A stretch of DNA of 32,000 bases. Origin: Pyrobaculum calidifontis JCM 11548. GTDB taxonomy: Archaea > Thermoproteota > Thermoprotei > Thermoproteales > Thermoproteaceae. A program made the translations under genes and the position numbers. Where the stretch lies: NCBI RefSeq assembly GCF_000015805.1, contig NC_009073.1:1020001-1052000 (forward strand), in the 5' to 3' direction. Under the pieces are notes generated by a model that worked only from the letters and a program-made list of their open reading frames with translations, was not told where the DNA came from and made no database searches. Positions 29,772-32,000 of this stretch are shown here, one piece after another (positions within the stretch are counted from its first letter, which is position 1; every line of letters begins with the position of its first letter).

Positions 29772-31476
29772 AAAAGGCCTCTAACGCGTCGGCCGCCTCC
29801 TCTACGTTGTTGACGATGAGGGATCCCTCGAGGAGGTCCCTCAAGTTGTTCCAAACCTCCGGCTCGGCGTAGCGTCTGTCTAGGAAGATCAAGGCGCCTC
29901 TGTCATTCGGGCCTCGGAAAAGTCTACCTACCGCTTGCCGCACGCTTACCAAGGCTTGGTAGAGGTAGACGGCGCTCCACGCCAATTCGCCCATGCGGGG
30001 CCGCAGAGCTTCAACTCTTCTATCCAGGTAGGGGGAAGGCTCTGGGTAGGGGACCCCTACCACGACTACCGTGGTTAAGTAGTTTTTGCCGCCTGCCGTG
30101 TACTCGACGCCCTCTGTGTACCTCCCCCTCGCCACGGCGCCGATGAAAAACTTCTCGGGTAGAGACCCCCAGCTCACTCCGTCGCCTCCCTCGTACCAGT
30201 GGGGTATGGAGAAGCGGAGGTACTTTCTAACGGCCTTCATGACCTCGTACGAGGGGAATACTGCCAATACGCCGCCTGGGGAGAGGTTTACCACGGCCGC
30301 TATTCTCTCCGCTAGCTTGAGGTACATCTCCTCTCCCCTTTCTTGATATCTCGTGGTGACGCCTATGTCGATTACCGAGATGTAGTTCTCCCGCGGTATG
30401 TACTGCCTAAAGCTTATGTCTAGAGAGTAGTAGTCCCTAAGGCCCAGCATTTCGGAGAACAGCTTGATGGGCAAAGTGCCGCTTATGTATATAGTGTTCA
30501 CGGCCTCTTCTACGGCTTTTTTGACTATCGAGACGGGGTCTATGGGGGTTAAGACCAGGGCCTTTGAGGAGTCAACTGTCCTCACCTCGGCTATGTACCC
30601 CAGCCTGCTCTTCAGCGCGTTTCTGAGCTCTCTCACTAATAGTAGCGGAGTGTACGGGCTCTTGCCCTCCTCCGCCTTTCTCTTAACGATTTCTCTCACT
30701 GCGGCGTCTAAGTTCACGGCCTCTAGCTCGCCGAGTAGGTCGGGCACTTCGCCTGACGTCTTTCTGACCAGGGTCAAGAGGCGGTATATGGCGCCGGCCT
30801 CTTCTACAAGGCCGTACTTCCTGCACTCTCTATAGGCGGCTCTCAAGTCTTGTTCTGTGGCTGTGAGTGTGTAGATGCTTGTCACAGAGTCGAAGAGGGC
30901 GTGTGCCTCGTCCACGATTACCACCTTGCCCTTTAGATTTCTCTCCCAGCCAAATACGTAGTAGTACGTGGAGACGGCTACCGTTGCCTTGTCTAACCTC
31001 TCTTTTGCATATTCATAGGGACATGTGCGCAGTGCGCAGAGGTATTTCACGTAGGTATTCACGTCGCGGAGAGACACGTCCACCTCTTTCGGGGGGTAGT
31101 ACTCGCATTTGCCCATGGCCTTTAGGAGGTTGCACTCGGCGAGGAAGGCTAGGTACTCCATTTTCTTCATCTGGGCGTAGCAACACATGTCCTGCCTGCT
31201 CTTGATCACCACGTAGTCCACCTCGACGCCCCTCTCCCTCAGTCTGGCGAGCTCGCGCAGGGGGGCTACAAGCTCGTTCCTCGTCCTCACGGCGTAGTGT
31301 ATCTTCACGCCTGTCTCAAGGGCGTATTTCACAGCAGCGCTTAACACAGCAGCCGTCTTGCCGAGGCCAGTGGGCGCGTTTATTAACGCCGGTCGCCCCC
31401 TCCTCAGCGCCTCGTATACGGTTAAGTAGATCTCTCTCTGGAAGGGCCGCGGCTCTTGGTAGGGGAAAATGTCCAC
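29728..31476 (-). CDS. xpd: XPD/Rad3-family 5'-3' DNA helicase with a 4Fe-4S cluster domain
   Basis: 582 aa. Walker A is [11 protein letters not shown] and the DEAH box is [10 protein letters not shown] four-Cys cluster region lies between motifs Ia and II (DMCCY...C...C...CPY). C-terminal helicase motifs V/VI are present. Confidence 0.9.
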   Translation of the reverse strand: MDIFPYQEPRPFQREIYLTVYEALRRGRPALINAPTGLGKTAAVLSAAVKYALETGVKIHYAVRTRNELVAPLRELARLRERGVEVDYVVIKSRQDMCCYAQMKKMEYLAFLAECNLLKAMGKCEYYPPKEVDVSLRDVNTYVKYLCALRTCPYEYAKERLDKATVAVSTYYYVFGWERNLKGKVVIVDEAHALFDSVTSIYTLTATEQDLRAAYRECRKYGLVEEAGAIYRLLTLVRKTSGEVPDLLGELEAVNLDAAVREIVKRKAEEGKSPYTPLLLVRELRNALKSRLGYIAEVRTVDSSKALVLTPIDPVSIVKKAVEEAVNTIYISGTLPIKLFSEMLGLRDYYSLDISFRQYIPRENYISVIDIGVTTRYQERGEEMYLKLAERIAAVVNLSPGGVLAVFPSYEVMKAVRKYLRFSIPHWYEGGDGVSWGSLPEKFFIGAVARGRYTEGVEYTAGGKNYLTTVVVVGVPYPEPSPYLDRRVEALRPRMGELAWSAVYLYQALVSVRQAVGRLFRGPNDRGALIFLDRRYAEPEVWNNLRDLLEGSLIVNNVEEAADALEAFFTSSREAARGQWRL

Positions 31477-31507
31477 AAGCTTTTTTACGATGGTGTTTTA
31501 TCTACTT

Positions 31508-32000
31508 ATGTTCTACACAGCGTCGCCGCAGGAGATTTTGGAGGGAAGGACGACGGACGTCTACTTCACGCGTACGGTTGAGGTGTTGAAAAACGCCGGT
31601 TTAGACAAGGTGAGAGTGCGGGCGGAGTTTCACGTGGCGTCGCTTCCCAGGGAGTACAAGTGGGCCGTCTTCACGGGGCTGAGGGAGGTGGTGGATCTTT
31701 TGAAGGGGCGCAGTGTGACGCTTTACGCGTTGCCGGAGGGGACTCTCTTCTATGAAAACGAGCCTTTGATGGTCATCGAGGGGCCGTACGTGGAGTTCGC
31801 GGTGTTGGAGACGGCCATATTGGGCATCGTGCGCCACTACTCGTCGATTTCCACTAAGGCGGCTCGGATAAAGAAGCTCGTCGGAGACAAGGTCTGTCTG
31901 TTTTTTGGGGCGCGGGCCCTCCACCCCGCCATTCAGCCGATGGCGGATCGCGCGGCTTACTTGGGCGGGTGCGACGGCGTGAGCACCGTGCTTGGGGCAG
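31508..32000 (+). CDS. Nicotinate phosphoribosyltransferase, archaeal type II PRTase (partial, runs off the 3' edge)
   Basis: This is not in the ORF track because it has no stop in the window. My translation is [23 protein letters not shown]...[23 protein letters not shown]...[19 protein letters not shown]...STKAARIK...[28 protein letters not shown]. It closely parallels the archaeal NAPRTase N-terminus as I recall it (Thermoplasma Ta1145). CTTTTTTAC lies about 26 nt upstream. An in-frame ATG at 31490 is an alternative start. Confidence 0.85.
   Translation, partial: MFYTASPQEILEGRTTDVYFTRTVEVLKNAGLDKVRVRAEFHVASLPREYKWAVFTGLREVVDLLKGRSVTLYALPEGTLFYENEPLMVIEGPYVEFAVLETAILGIVRHYSSISTKAARIKKLVGDKVCLFFGARALHPAIQPMADRAAYLGGCDGVSTVLGA

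Overview
This GC-rich window looks like a core chromosomal region of a hyperthermophilic crenarchaeon, most likely Thermoproteales (Pyrobaculum or Thermoproteus-like). That assignment is an inference from several features. The r-proteins S26e and L34e, GatE, Nop5/fibrillarin, XPD and EF-1alpha are all present. One tRNA carries an intron. GTG/TTG starts are frequent. A/T-rich TATA boxes sit about 21-28 bp upstream of start codons, with no Shine-Dalgarno spacing, which suggests leaderless mRNAs. Coding density is very high, with many 4-nt co-directional overlaps and 6-44 nt convergent 3' overlaps. I support about 36 protein genes and 2 tRNAs. The proteins include family-B DNA polymerase, ProRS, S26e, TrmY, a CDP-alcohol phosphatidyltransferase, RidA, a nicotinamidase-like hydrolase and a polyprenol-kinase-like membrane protein. 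An RNA-processing stretch follows: THUMP methyltransferase, PIN-ATPase-KH, a SAM methyltransferase, RNase Z, KsgA, GatE, Nop5 and fibrillarin. The remainder are a GltD-like oxidoreductase, Cmk, L34e, EF-1alpha, a HerA-like ATPase, Dph2, a type IA topoisomerase, XPD and a partial NAPRTase. The tRNAs are tRNA-Leu(GAG) and an intron-containing tRNA-Thr(GGU). I found no CRISPR array, transposase, integrase, rRNA or canonical C/D-box sRNA. I see no convincing evidence for a novel defence or mobile system. The most interesting unexplained items are listed here. (1) A co-directional topoisomerase IA - Dph2 - 83-aa orphan - HerA/FtsK-like ATPase string with no NurA/Mre11/Rad50 partner. (2) An uncharacterised PIN-ATPase-KH plus methyltransferase pair inside an RNA-processing neighbourhood. 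(3) An extremely proline-rich tail-anchored membrane protein. (4) A Rossmann-motif 98-aa ORF overlapping a 202-aa ORF, which looks like a split or frameshifted gene. (5) Two unusually long, palindrome-rich intergenic regions next to the tRNAs that could hold small RNAs. All functional calls rest on my own motif and family recognition, with no database search.
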